Of a stretch of 64,000 nt of DNA, positions 37,951 through 50,540 are shown in pieces. The notes under the pieces are model-generated. The model made no database searches. It saw only the letters and a list, made by a program, of their open reading frames with translations, and had not been told where the DNA came from. Positions within the stretch are counted from its first letter, which is position 1. Each line of letters starts with the position of its first letter. A program made the position numbers and the translations under genes. The DNA comes from Mobula hypostoma (taxonomy: Eukaryota): the NCBI RefSeq assembly GCF_963921235.1, contig NC_086097.1, positions 209,004,001 to 209,068,000 of the forward strand, read 5' to 3'.

Positions 37951-38371
37951 GTGATCTAAAGTTAGTGGCTGAGATCACTGGATGTGGTTAAGCATCAGTA
38001 CTGTATGGGGGAGTGGGTAAAACCTAAAGGAGAGAAGGTAAGTAAAAGATGATTTCAATTCAGGAGTAACAATTTTAAAAAGTTGTTGTTCTGTTTGCTC
38101 CCAATCACAGGCACACTTCAGCACAATATAAACTGACTTCTGGGCAAAGATTTCAAGAAGCATAGCAAAAGCGGAAGTATCATTTATGCATGTTTAACAT
38201 GTAAAATCGAATCATAGTTGCAAATATACTTTACGACCACAAGTGCCCATATGAATTTCTGGATCAGCACTGTTCCACCCAGATGCAATCCTGTTAGGGT
38301 TCCACTCCAGAAGTAAATTATTTTCTTTACATGATGCTTATGAAAAGCAAAGCAGAGCTGGCTGTATAAAG

Positions 38372-38470
38372 TAACACGTGCAAAATGCTGGTGGAACTCA
38401 GCGGATGAGATAGCACGTATGGAAAGGAATAAACAGTTCACATTTCAGTCGAAGACCCTTCATCAGGTCT
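38372..38470 (-). repeat. Solo Penelope pseudo-LTR unit with hammerhead core
   Basis: Minus strand: cctgatgaagggtcttcgactgaaatgtgaactg...ctgagttccaccagcattttg. Confidence 0.8.
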
Positions 38471-39004
38471 GGATGTATAAATTCTAGTTTTTAGTCATGT
38501 AGTGGCTCTTTGTCCACTATATCTCTCAAATTGTTTCTTCTGGTTTGATTCAGAGACAGTGGTTCTCTGCAAAGGAGTAATTTCCCAACATCTAAACTAA
38601 CGCTGCCTCCAATATTTATGTCATAACTTCTAAAGCCATCACCCTAACCATATAAATAAACAATTCCTCACAAGCTTAAATGAACATCTAAACCATTCAT
38701 CATGAAGAAACCCTCAACAATGTCCTGTCTAAGTAGACAAAAATACTTTGGTGCTTATTTTTATAATATAGAAAAGTCAGAATAATGTATTCACTTGGTC
38801 CCGAATTATTAATTTTATTATTTTTATTACCTTTCCTTCAGAGGTATTTGTAATGATGCTATGTGAGGCAAAGGAAGTGATCTCAAACTTCATAGAGTTT
38901 GATATAGTTAAACTATAGACTAAAATAAAGCAGAAAAGGTTTATTAGTTATAATAGTTAACTCCTTCACCATATAGACAGAGATGGCACATATGGTAAAC
39001 TGAA

Positions 39005-39165
39005 TCTGCGACCTGTTTTGACCCTCACCTTGGGTTCTATCTGTGTTAGTTACATGTTCATCCTGTGACCATGTGGATTTCCCTTGGTGCTCCAGTTTCC
39101 TGTCACATCCCTAAAACATATTGGTTGATATGGTAATTGGCCACTCTAAGTTACTCGTAGCAAAG
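39005..39165 (+). mobile_element. V-SINE remnant
   Basis: V-domain-like 'catgttcatcctgtgaccatgtggatttccc..ggtgctccagtttcct.tcacatccc'. Confidence 0.7.
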
Positions 39166-39399
39166 ATGGGCAATCATGGGTGGAGTGTAGCGGGGAGCAG
39201 TTGATGGGCATGTGAGTAAAATAGTTTACAAATCAGTAAGTGGTGGAATAGGACTCATGCGCATATCCTGAGAGGCAGAATAGTCTTAATGGTCTGAGTA
39301 ACCTTCTGTATTTAAAGGTATAAATGACAATCAGAGGAGCTTTTATAATCTCTAAATTGATGTTGGAAGAAATGAAATAAGATGTCAACAGTAAAGGTA

Positions 39400-39770
39400 G
39401 GTCATCATCATCATTATGTGCTGCGTCCTATGGTATGGGTGATCATGTTCTTTGACCAAATGGCAAATTTTTCTGCAGAAGTAGTTTGCCATTGCGTTCC
39501 TCTGGCCAGTGTACAAGCCAGATGACCCCGGCCATTATCAATACTCATAATAGATTGTCTGTCTTGTGTCAGTGATCACGTAACTAGGATCTGTGATATG
39601 CACTAGCTGCTCATACAGGCATCTACCACCTGCTCCCATGGCTTCATGTGACACTGATTGGTTGGGGAGGTGTGTTAAGCAGGTGCTACACCTTGTCCAA
39701 GGGTGACTTGCAAGCTAGTAGAGGGAAGGAGCACCTTACACCTCCTTTGGTAGGGACGTATCTCCACCCT
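39400..39770 (-). mobile_element. Short RTE/BovB-type non-autonomous element
   Basis: Minus strand has 'gcaatggcaaactacttctgcagaaaaatttgcc' (BovB/BovA-like motif) and a (GAT)n tail. Confidence 0.65.
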
Positions 39771-40489
39771 ACAATGAGGTAAAAATCTCAATTAGGTGTG
39801 AATCCCTTAAAAGGAAGTAAGGATTCGTCACTTCATGTTCTCAATATTTATTGCTTGCTTGCTTGCTTATGTATGTATGTATGTAAGTATGTGGTCATTC
39901 TGTATTTGAAAAAGAATATATCAATACAAAGCATAATAAAATACCAGGCTTTTTTTTTGTTTTGCAGTTTAGGAATAAATTAAGACCAACCATCATTGAA
40001 GCTAAAAGCAAAGATTCGGTGTGCTTCTTAAAATGCTGAGAAGCAGAATACAGTGGAAGCCCAAAGAAACCGGAAAGGCATTTGGGGAGGTGGGCAGGTT
40101 GTGGGGGTGGGTTGGTGATTCGTAGATGACCCAATTTTAGGATTCACTAAAAGTTTATAGGCAGAAACAGTTACAGAAAAGCATCAAAAGGCCAATGTAA
40201 TGCTGGGCTTTATATCAAAAGTAGATGTGCATAAGAGGATAGGAATTTTGCATCTACTATATAAATCATGTTTGGACACTCCTACTATGAATAAAACAAT
40301 TGATATTAAACATTTCAAGGTGCCAATCTTCAGGAAGACATCAGTGAGAAATAATATTGGGACTCCAAGAGTTAAATTATGATGAGCAATTACAGTAAAT
40401 AAAGTTAAGGATTGAATTCATTGAAATTTTGAAAAGAATAAGGGAAATTGATAGAGTAGATTAAATAGTACTGAAATTAGCTATTTAGG

Positions 40490-41180
40490 AAAACATAAGA
40501 ACATAAGAAACAGGAACAGGAGTAGGCCATCCGGCCCACCGAGTCTGTCCCGCCATTCAATAAGATCATGGCTGATCTGTCCGTAAACTCAGCTTCCATC
40601 TACCTGCCTTTTCCCCATAACTCTTAATTCCCCCTACTAGGTAAAAATCTATCTAACTGTATCTTAAATATATTAAGTGAAGAAGCTTCAACTGCTTCCC
40701 TGGGCAGAGAATTCCACAGATTCACCACTCTCTGGGAAAAATAGTTTCTCCTTATGTTCGTCCTAAATCTTCTCCCCTGAATCTTGAGGCAATGTCCCCT
40801 AGTTCTAGTCTCACCTACCAATGGAAACAACTTTCCTACTTCTATCATATCTATCCTTTTCAAAATTTTGTATGTTTCTATAAGATCCCCTCTCATTCTT
40901 CTGAATTCCAGAGAGTATAGTCCCAGACGATGCAATCTCTCCTCATAGGTTAACGCCTTCATCTCGGAATCAACCTGGTGAACCTCCTCTGCACTGCCTC
41001 TAAAGATTGTATGTTCTTCCTCAAGTATGAAGACCAGAACTGCACACAGTACTCCAGCTGCAGCCTCACCAGTACCCTGTATAGTTGCAGCATGACCTCC
41101 CTGCTCTTGAATTCAATCCCTCTAGCAATGAAGGCCAACATTCCATTTACCTTCTTCATAACCTGTTGTACCTGCAAGCA
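40490..41180 (-). mobile_element. CR1 3' end
   Basis: ORFs 40959-41234 and 40624-40962; acataaga tail repeat. Confidence 0.95.
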
Positions 41181-41382
41181 AATGCTGGCGGAACTCAGCA
41201 TATCAGGCAATGTTTTAAAGAAATGAATAAACAATTGATAAACAGGGCCTGATAAAGGGTCTCGGCTCTAAACTTCAACTGTTTGTTCATTTTCACGAAT
41301 GCTGCCTGACCTGCTGAGTTCCTTCAGCATTTTGCGTCTGTTGCCTTGGATTTCCAGCATCTGCAGAATTTTGTGTTTTTGA
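41180..41382 (+). repeat. Penelope pseudo-LTR unit with inverted partial copy
   Basis: 'aaatgctggcggaactcagca' is inverted relative to 'tgctgagttccttcagcatttt'; degenerate core 'cctgataaagggtctcggctctaaac'. Confidence 0.8.
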
Positions 41383-41413
41383 TTAGCTATTTAGGAATAT
41401 AGGTAAAGGAATC

Positions 41414-42925
41414 ATCAAGTCAAGTCAAGTCAAGTCACTTTTTAATTGTCATTTCGACCATAACTGCTGGTACAGTACGCTGTAAAAACGAGACAACATT
41501 TTTCAGGACCATGATGCTACATGAAACAATACAAAAACTACACTGAACTATGTAAAACAACACAAAAACTACACTAGACTACAGACCTACACAGGACTGC
41601 ATAAAGTGCACAAAATAGTGCAGGGATTACAATAAATAATAAACAAGACAATAGGCACAGTAGAGGGCAGTAGATTGGTGTCAGTCCAGGCTCTGGGTAT
41701 TGAGGAGTCTGATGGCTTGGGGGAAGAAATTGGTACATAGTCTGGTCGTGAGAGCCCGAATACTTCGGTGCCTTTTTCCAGATGGCAGGAGGGAGAAGAG
41801 TTTGTATGAGGGATGCGTGGGGTCCTTCATAATGCTGTTTGCTTTGTGGATGCAGCGTGTGGTGCAAATGTCTGTAATGGCGGGAAGAGAGACCCCGATG
41901 ATCTTCACAGCTGACCTCACTATCAGCTGCAGGGTCTTGCGATCCGAGATGGTGCAATTTCTGAACCAGGCAGTGAGGCAGCTGCTCAGGATGCTCTCAA
42001 TACAACCTCTGTAGAACGTGGTGAGGATGGGAGGTGGGAGATGGATTTTTCTCAGCCTTCGCAGAAAGTAGAGACACTGCTGGGCTTTCTTTGCTATGGA
42101 GCTGCTGTTGAGGGACCAGTTGAGATTCTCCGCCAGGTGAACACCAAGAAATTTGGTGCTCTTTACGATCTCTATGGAGGAGCCATCAATGTTCAGCAGA
42201 GAGTGGTCGCTCCGTGCTCTCCTGAAGTTAACATCCATTTCTTTTGTTTTGTTCACATTCAGATACAGGTTGTTGGCTCTGCACCAGTCTGTTAGCCGCT
42301 GCACCTCCTCTCTGTATGCTGACTCATCGTTCTTGCTGATAAGACCCACCAACGGTCGTGTCATCAGCGAACTTGATGATGTAATTCGAGCTGTGTGTTG
42401 TAGCATAGTCATGGGTCAGCAGAGTGAACAGCAGTGGACTGAGCGCACAGCCCTGGGGAGTTCCCGTGCTCAGTTTGATGGTATTGGAGATGCTGCTTCC
42501 GATCCGGACTGACTGAGGTCTCCCAGTCAGGAAGTCTAGGATCCAGTTGCAGAGGGAGGTGTTCAGGCCCAGTAGGCTCAGCTTTCCAATCAGTTTCTGA
42601 GGAATGATTGTTTTGAATGCTGAACTGAAGTCTGTGAACAGCATTTGAGCGTACGTGTCTTTTTTGTCCAGGTGGGTTAGGGGCAGGTGGAGGGTGAGGG
42701 CAAAGGGATTGTCTTTTGTACGGTTGGGACGGTACGCGAACTGCAGGGGGTCCAGTGAGGGGGGCAGCAGGGTCTTGATGTGCCTCCTGACGAGCCTCTC
42801 GAAACACTTCATGATGGTGGATGTGAGTGCAACGGGACAGTAGTCATTGAGGCATGACACTGAAGACTTCTTTGGCACGTGGACGATGGTGGCGACCTTG
42901 AAGCACGTAGGAACAACCGAGTTGG
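41414..42925 (-). mobile_element. Rex1/Babar LINE, 5'-truncated, one frameshift in RT
   Basis: ORFs 42324-42980 and 41681-42412 ([35 protein letters not shown]); (tcaag)n tail on +. Confidence 0.96.
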
Positions 42926-43309
42926 GCCAAAGATGCTGTTCTGTTCTTTCGTTTGAATGACACATTATGAAGGATGACATGTCACATGATAACTTGGAAC
43001 ACTTTATTTGAAGTGTGATACATTACATACAAGAACAGAATAAATTTCAGAACCTGATGGGTTTGAGTTAAGTCATTACAATTTCCCTCAAAATCAAACA
43101 CCTTTTATCATTGACCGAGGTAAATGTATTCCAAAGACAGTAATTCAGAGATATATTGGCCAAGAACAAATTTAGACATTTACCTCAATATTGAAACTAA
43201 GGGGTACCTGTGGTGCCAGATTATATTCTATTTTAGTTGACAGTAACTTAATTTAGTTTAAAATGTATAACTAATTATGCATCGTATTCTTTATTCGTTA
43301 ATGATGACA

Positions 43310-44060
43310 AAGATGTAGAGTTATTCAGCACAGAAACAGGCCCTGCAGCCCAACTCATCAATACTGACCAAGTTGTGTAACTGAGCTAGTCCCATTTATA
43401 TTAATTTGGTCTATTGTCCTCTAAGATTTTCCTATCCATCTAACTGCCCAAATGCCCCTTAAATATTGCGGTTTTGCTGCCTCTATCACTTCCTCTGGCA
43501 GCTCATTCCATATACTCCCTACCCTGAGTATGAAAAAGTTGGACCTCAGGTTCCTTTTAAATCTTTCCTCTCTCACCTTAAATCCATGCCTCAAACTGCT
43601 GGAGGAACTCAGCAGGCCAGGCACTCCTGCTGAAGGGTTTCAGCCCAAAATGTCGACTGTACTTTTTTCCATAGATGCTGTCCGGCCTGTTGAGTTCCTC
43701 TAGCATTTTGTGTGTGTTGCTTGGATTTCTAGCATCTGCAGATTTTCTCTTGTTTTGTAATTAAATCCACATCTTCTTGATTTGGACTCCCCTACCCCAG
43801 GGAAAAGACTTTTGATATTTACCTTATTTAAACTCCTCATGATTTTATCAACATCTTTAACGTCAGCTCTCACCCTATGTTTCAAGGATAAAAACCCTAT
43901 CCTATCCAGCCTCTCTAGTTACAATAACATGCTTCTAAATCTTTTCTGTACACTCTCTAGTTTAGTGGCATCCGTCCTATAGCAGAGTGACCAGGACTGT
44001 ATACAATACTCCAAGTATGACCTTATGCTGTGTCTTGTCCAGTTGTAACAATGATCCCAT
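43310..44060 (-). mobile_element. Old CR1 3' end interrupted by a Penelope unit at ~43590-43760
   Basis: YLEYCIQSWS, RNLRSNFFILRVGSIWNELPEEV; direct repeat ttaaatcca on both sides of the insert. Confidence 0.85.
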
Positions 44061-44208
44061 TTTCTGTACTCAGTGCTCTGAGTGATTTGTACCTGGAGGT
44101 AATCTGTACTTTTGCCAGGACCAGACGACATCCTTATTATTGCAAAAGAATCAACATTTTAATTTACATTCCAGAACTGTAGTAATATCTATCATGTCTG
44201 AGTCTAGT

Positions 44209-44329
44209 TCAGAATGTTAGTCTATTGTGCTTATATTGACAGTGATTGGGTAAATCTGCATCTTCACCCAATGGGGGGTAATTTGGTAGAATCAATTGCC
44301 ACCAGTAATAGAGTTCATCAGATGACCAT
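44209..44329 (-). CDS. Candidate terminal exon of an unidentified gene (xWSSDELYYWWQLILPNYPPLGEDADLPNHCQYKHNRLTF*)
   Basis: Strong acceptor 'atatttttttttgtcttcag', 39 open codons then TGA, ATTAAA about 45 nt downstream; non-repeat context. No homology recognised. Confidence 0.3.
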
Positions 44330-45304
44330 CTGAAGACAAAAAAAATATTTAAATTAAAGAGGTACATTACTGATGAAACCTTGACATACACAATATTTTC
44401 AGATAAGTTATATTTGAAATAAAGCAAATTACCACTTATAATTAGACTGATTGGATGGGATGTCTGAGACCAAATCTTTATGAGTTAATTCACTGAAAAA
44501 CCTTTACACTGACATAATGTTATAACAATGACACGAGGAAGCCAAAAGCCTCCCTCCAACCCCCAACCCCCACGACCTCCCTCAGCTTGAAGTGTTATGA
44601 CAAGGGAGGGAGAAGGAATGCAATCTAAAAATATAAGGAGTTATATCCTTGACAAAGATTAAGTGTAGCTGGCAGCGGCACATTAATGGGGATTTACCTG
44701 TATTTCCAGTAATCTGATGCTACTCTAATAAGGAGATTAAAATGAGGCAGTTTGTTTGTACATCAGTGAATAGTCTTAGCTCCACACGGTGTTAATGCAG
44801 TTTTCCAACATATGATAGTTTAGATATTTGTCTTGATACAAAGGAGATAGTACTGACGTGAAGTAACCAAATGCATATGCAGCTATACAACAATGCTAAT
44901 TGCCAATTTCGCAATTATTCATGTTAAAATAGACATAGATTCCTGGAAGTGATCAAACATTTATCTCATCAATAGTCTGAACACACAGCATGTCACTGAA
45001 TCAAGTTGTAGATAGGCTGACAAAACATTTCTTGGATTCTACAGAGATTCCTACAGAGCCCATTTAAATGTGGGAATGTGGGGCTTTGATCCGGTCAAGT
45101 GGAAAACATAAATATAGGTAAGATTTATTTTCTGTACAAAAGTGTAATAATTAATTTGCATTAGTTAAATGTATTTTAAATTGATTTATTATTTTCAACA
45201 TATTAAAATCATTTGAGATTATTTTAAAAAATTGTTAAATATGCATATCCATTTCAAACGTGACCTTCAGATACATTTAAAAAACAAATTGAAGAGCGGT
45301 TTAA

Positions 45305-45437
45305 GCACAAAGGAAATCTGCGAATGCTGGAAATCCAAGCAACGCACATAAAATGTTGGAGGAACTCAGCAGGCCAGGCAGCATCTATGGAAAAGAGTAA
45401 ATAGTTGGCGTTTCGGACCAAGACCCTTCATCAGGAT
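45305..45437 (-). repeat. Solo Penelope pseudo-LTR unit with hammerhead core
   Basis: Minus strand: tcCTGATGAagggtcttggtccGAAACgcc...tagatgctgcctggcctgctgagttcctcc. Confidence 0.85.
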
Positions 45438-45683
45438 TGAAGAGGGCTTTATCAAATTGCCAGATCATCAAGGACAGTCTCAGATTTTATCACATAAGGT
45501 CCAGTCGCTGTTCAGGGACTGTTCTGTTTTGGGGAATGACCATCATGGCCAGGGAGCAGGGCTGAGGAGGGAACAAAAGGATTCAGCCATGATTAAATGG
45601 TGGAGCAGACTCAATGGACTAATTGTCCTAATTCTGCTCCTATGTCTTATGGTCTTATAACAAAATCTCAAAAAACTGGAAGA

Positions 45684-48410
45684 TTAGAACATAGAACATA
45701 GAATAGTACAACACAGTACAGGCCCTTCGGCCCACAATGTTGTGCCGACCCTCAAACCCTGCCTCCCATATAAGCCCCCACCTTAGATTCTTCCATATAC
45801 CTGTCTAGTAGTCTCTTAAACTTCACTAGTGTATCTGCCTCCACCACTGACTCAGGCAGTGCATTCCACGCACCAACCACTCTCTGAGTAAAAAACCTTC
45901 CTCTAATATCCCCCTTGAACTTCCCACCCCTTACCTTAAAGCCATGTCCTCTTGTATTGAGCAGTGGTGCCCTGGGGAAGAGGCGCTGGCTGTCCACTCT
46001 ATCTATCCCTCTTATTATTTTGTACACCTCTATCATGTCTCCTCTCATCCTCCTTCTCTCCAAAGAGTAAAGCCCTAGCTCCCTTAATCTCTGGTCATAA
46101 TGCATACTTTCTAAACCAGGCAGCATCCTGGTAAATCTCCTCTGTACCCTTTCCAATGCTTCCACATCCTTCCTATAGTGAGGTGACCAGAACTGGACAC
46201 AATACTCCAAGTGTGGCCTAACCAGAGCTTTATAGAGCTGCATCATTACATCGCGACTCTTAAACTCTATCCTTCCACTTATGAAAGCTAACAACCCATA
46301 AGCTTTCTTAACTACCCTATCCACCTGTGAGGCAACTTTCAGGGATCTGTGGACATGTACCCCGAGATCCCTCTGCTCCTCCACACTACCAAGTATCCTG
46401 CCATTTACTTTGTACTCTGCCTTGGAGTTTGTCCTTCCAAAGTGTACCACCTCACACTTCTCCGGGTTGAACTCCATCTGCCACTTCTCAGCCCACTTCT
46501 GCATCCTATCAATGTCTCTCTGGAATCTTTGACAATCCTTTACACTATCTACAACACCACCAACCTTTGTGTCGCCCGCAAACTTGCCAACCCACCCTTC
46601 TACCCCGACATCCAGGTCGTTAATAAAAATCACGAAAAGTAGAGGTCCCAGAACAGATCCCTGTGGGACACCACTAGTCACAATCCTCCAATCTGAATGT
46701 ACTCCCTCTGCCTTGTGCAGGCAAGCCAATTCTGAATCCACCTGGCCAAACTTCCCTGGATCCCATGCCTTCTAACTTTCTGAATAAGCCTACCGTGTGG
46801 AACCTTGTCAAATGCCTTACTAAAATCCATATAGATCACATCCACTGCACTACCCTCATCTATATGCCTGGTCACCTCCTCAAAGAATTCCATCAGGCTT
46901 GTTAGACACGATCTGCCCTTCACAAAGCCATGCTGACTGTCCCTGATCAGACCATGATTCTCTAAATGCCTATAGATCCTATCTCTAAGAATCTTTTCCA
47001 ACAGCTTTCCCACCACAGACGTAAGGCTCACTGGTCTATAATTATCCGGACTATCCCTACTACCTTTTTTGAACAAGGGAACAACATTCGCCTCCCTCCA
47101 ATCCTCCAGTACCATTCCCGTGGACAACGAGGACATAAAGATCCTAGCCAGATGCTCAGCAATCTCATCTCTCGCCTCGTGGAGCAGCCTGGGGAATATT
47201 CCGTCAGGCCCCGGGGACTTGTCTGTCCTAATGTATTTTAACAACTCCAACACCTCCTCTCCCTTAATATCAGCATGCTCCAGAACATCAACCTCACTCA
47301 TATTGTCCTCACCATCATCAAGTTCCCTCTCATTGGCGAATACCGAAGAGAAGTATTCATTGAGGACCTCGCTGACTTCCACAGCCTCCAGGCACATCTT
47401 CCCACCTTTATCTCTAGTTGGTCCTATCATCCTTTTTTTCTGTCATCCTGTCATCCTTTTTTTCTTCACATAATTGAAGAATGCCTTGGGGTTTTCCTTT
47501 ACCCTACTCGCCAAGGCCTTCTCATGCCCCCTTCTTGCTCTTCTCAGCCCCTTCTTAAGCTCCTTTCTTGCTTCCCTATATTCCTCAATAGACCCATCTG
47601 ATCCTTGCTTCCTAAACCTCAAGGATGCTGCCTTCTTCCTCCTGACTAGATTTTCCACCTCACTTGTCACCCATGGTTCCTTCACCCTACCACTCTTTAT
47701 CTTCCTCACCGGGACAAATTTATCCCTTACATCTCGCAAGAGATCTCTAAACATCGACTACATGTCCATAGTACATTTCCCTGCAAAAACATCATCCCAA
47801 TTCACACCTGCAAGTTCTAGCCTTATAGCCTCATAATTTGCCTTTCCCCAATTAAAAATTTTCCTGTCCTCTTTGATTCTATCCTTTTCCATGATAATTA
47901 TAAAGGCCAGGGAGCGGTGGTCACTGTCCCCTAGATGCTCACCCACTGAGAGATCTGTGACCTGACCCGGTTCATTACCTAGTACTAGATCTAGTATGGC
48001 ATTCCCCCTGGTCGGCCTGTCCACATATTGTGACAGGAATCCATCCTGGACACACTTAACAAATTCTGCCCCATCTAAACCCTTGGAACTAATAAGGTGC
48101 CAATCAATATTAGGGAACTTAAAGTCATCCATGATAACGACCCTGTTATTTTTGCACCTTTCCAAAATCTGCCTCCCAATCTTCTCCTCTGTATCTCTGC
48201 TGCTACCAGGGGGCCTATAGAATACCACCAGTAGAGTAACTGCTCCCTTCCTGTTCCTGACTTCCACCCATATTGACTCAAAAGAGGATCCTTCTGCATT
48301 ACCCACCCTTTCTGTAGCTGTAATAGTATCCCTGACCAGTAATGCTACCCCTCCTCCCTTTTTCCTCCCTCTCTATCCCTTTTAAAGCACTGAAATCCAG
48401 GAATATTGAG
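45684..48410 (-). mobile_element. Relatively young 5'-truncated CR1 LINE ORF2 (endonuclease and RT)
   Basis: Four consecutive ORFs (47758-48306, 47443-47754, 46678-47430, 45752-46741); catalytic motif mutated to FAGD; atagaac tail repeat. Confidence 0.97.
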
Positions 48411-49331
48411 AATATTACAAAGACCTTGTGCGGTTGCAGAGAAATTTCAGTGGATATTGGTGAGACAGGATTTGGATTAATCACAATCCTGCCCATTATA
48501 GTTTGTGAGAGTTTTGAAAGGTAGATAAGGGTGGAAATAGGCACTGTGTGACCTTCGGTTTAAAGGTTGGATTTGGCCTTCAATATTGGTCTTGGTTGAT
48601 GACTATTTAGGTGATTTGATCTTAGGTGATCACCATTTAGGGGTCTGGAGAAATTAAAACACAGAGGGGTGAATTGAATCACTCTGGAAAAAGTGACTTT
48701 GAATTGTGATGTTGCATGGAATCTGTTTAATGTGCCCTTGCCCCCCTCACAGTGAAGTCTTCTCATTCTGCCTCAATGCACAAAGTTGATCAATGGTTAT
48801 TTAGACAAATAGGTAGCACATGCCCATATATCTACATCTATATTACAACATGCTTCGTTACACACAAATAAAAGGAGGAAGAAGGGAAAATTAGCAGAAA
48901 AAAACTTTGAAAACCAAACTGAGCTCTTTTCCATTTAAATCTAATTAACCTGTTTAAAATGAAAGATGAATTATAGTTGCGGCTTGGCTGAACTGGCATA
49001 AATCAAAGGGGGTTTTAACTATTGGATACTTCAGTTTCATAGGAGATCATTACTGCAGCCACATTTCTCTTCTTTGCTGATAATCCAGTTAAACGGGAGT
49101 GTGGGGGAAAGCAAATCACAAAAATAAATGAATTCAAATTCAGATCCCAATGTAAAAAGGGTTTACAACTCTGGTGCCATGGCTAGCAAATGGTATATTC
49201 ATAGTTCTAAAATCTTCCTATATAGTTCACCAGAGCAGCAATCAAAATTCAATTAAATATATTTATAAACCAGTAATATCCAACCAAATAGCAAACAGCA
49301 ACAATGAATCTTTCAAATAATAATGTATTTT

Positions 49332-49890
49332 CACTAATTTTTATAGATGCACCATAGAAAGCATTCTTCTAGGGTGCATCACAACCTGGTATGGAAATTG
49401 TCCTGTCCAAGACCAGAAGAAGCTGCGGAAGATTGTGAACACGGTGCAGCACATCACACAAACCAATCTTCCGTCCTTGGACTCACTTTACACCGCTCGC
49501 TGTCGGAGCAGTGCTGCGAGGATAATCAAGGACACGACCCACCCAGCCAACACACTTTTCGTCCCTCTTCCCTCCGGGAGAAGGCTCAGGAGCTTGAAGA
49601 CTCGTACGGCCAGATTTGGCAACAGCTTCTTTCCAACTGTGATAAGACTGCTGAACGGATCCTGACCTGGATTTGGGCCGTACCCTCCAAATATCCGGAC
49701 CTGCCTCTTGTTTATTTTGCATTACCTTACTTTCCATTTTTCTACTTTCTATTTATGATTTATAATTTAGATTTTTAATATTTACTTTCAATTTGTAATC
49801 CAGGGAGCGGGAAGTACAGAATCAAATATCGCTGTGATGATTATACATTCTAGTATCAATTGTTTGGTGACAATAAAGTATAAAGTATAA
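49332..49890 (+). mobile_element. Rex1/Babar 3' end
   Basis: NFYRCTIESILLGCITTWYG...LPSGRRLRSLKTRTARFGNSFFP; (taaagta)n tail. Confidence 0.92.
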
Positions 49891-49914
49891 GGTATTTTAA
49901 TAATAACCAAAAAT

Positions 49915-50540
49915 TGCACCTCTCCTTGAAAGTCACTGATCTCCTTGAACTAAAACGTTGACAAACTTCTATAGACGTGTAGTAGGGAGTATATTGACTG
50001 GTTGCATCATGACCTAGTATGGAACCACTAATGCCCTTGAATGAAAAATCCTGCAAGAGGTACCGGATGCAGCCCAGCACAGCCCATCATGGATAAACCC
50101 TCCCCATTACTGAGCACATCTACACGGAGCATTGTTGCAGGAAAGCGGCATTCATCATCAAGGACCCCACCATCCAGGCCATGCTCTCTTCTCACTGCTG
50201 CCATCAGGAAGAAGGTACAGGAGCCTTTGGACCCATAGCAACAGATTCAGGAACTGTTATTATCCTTCAACCATCAGGCTCTTGAACCATTCACACCTTC
50301 AAGGACTCCTCATCTCATGTTCTCAATATTTATTGTTCATTTATTTATTTTTTTTGTATTTGTAGTTTGTCATTTTTTGCACATTGGCTGTTATTTATCC
50401 CGTTGGGTGCGATCTTTCATTGATTCTATTGTGTTTCTTGGATTTACTGTGTATGCCCACAAGAAAATGAGGTTGTGTATGGTGACATTTAAGTACTTTG
50501 ATAATAAATCTGCTTTGAAATTTGAACTTTGCACTTTGAA
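49915..50540 (+). mobile_element. Rex1/Babar 3' end, second subfamily
   Basis: HHPGHALFSLLPSGRRYRSL...RFRNCYYP; tail 'tttgaactttgcactttgaa'. Confidence 0.88.

Noticed and set aside
45752..48306. Longest ORFs in the window, possible active LINE or domesticated RT
   Set aside because: 5'-truncated, broken into four frames, catalytic FADD changed to FAGD; an ordinary dead CR1 copy.
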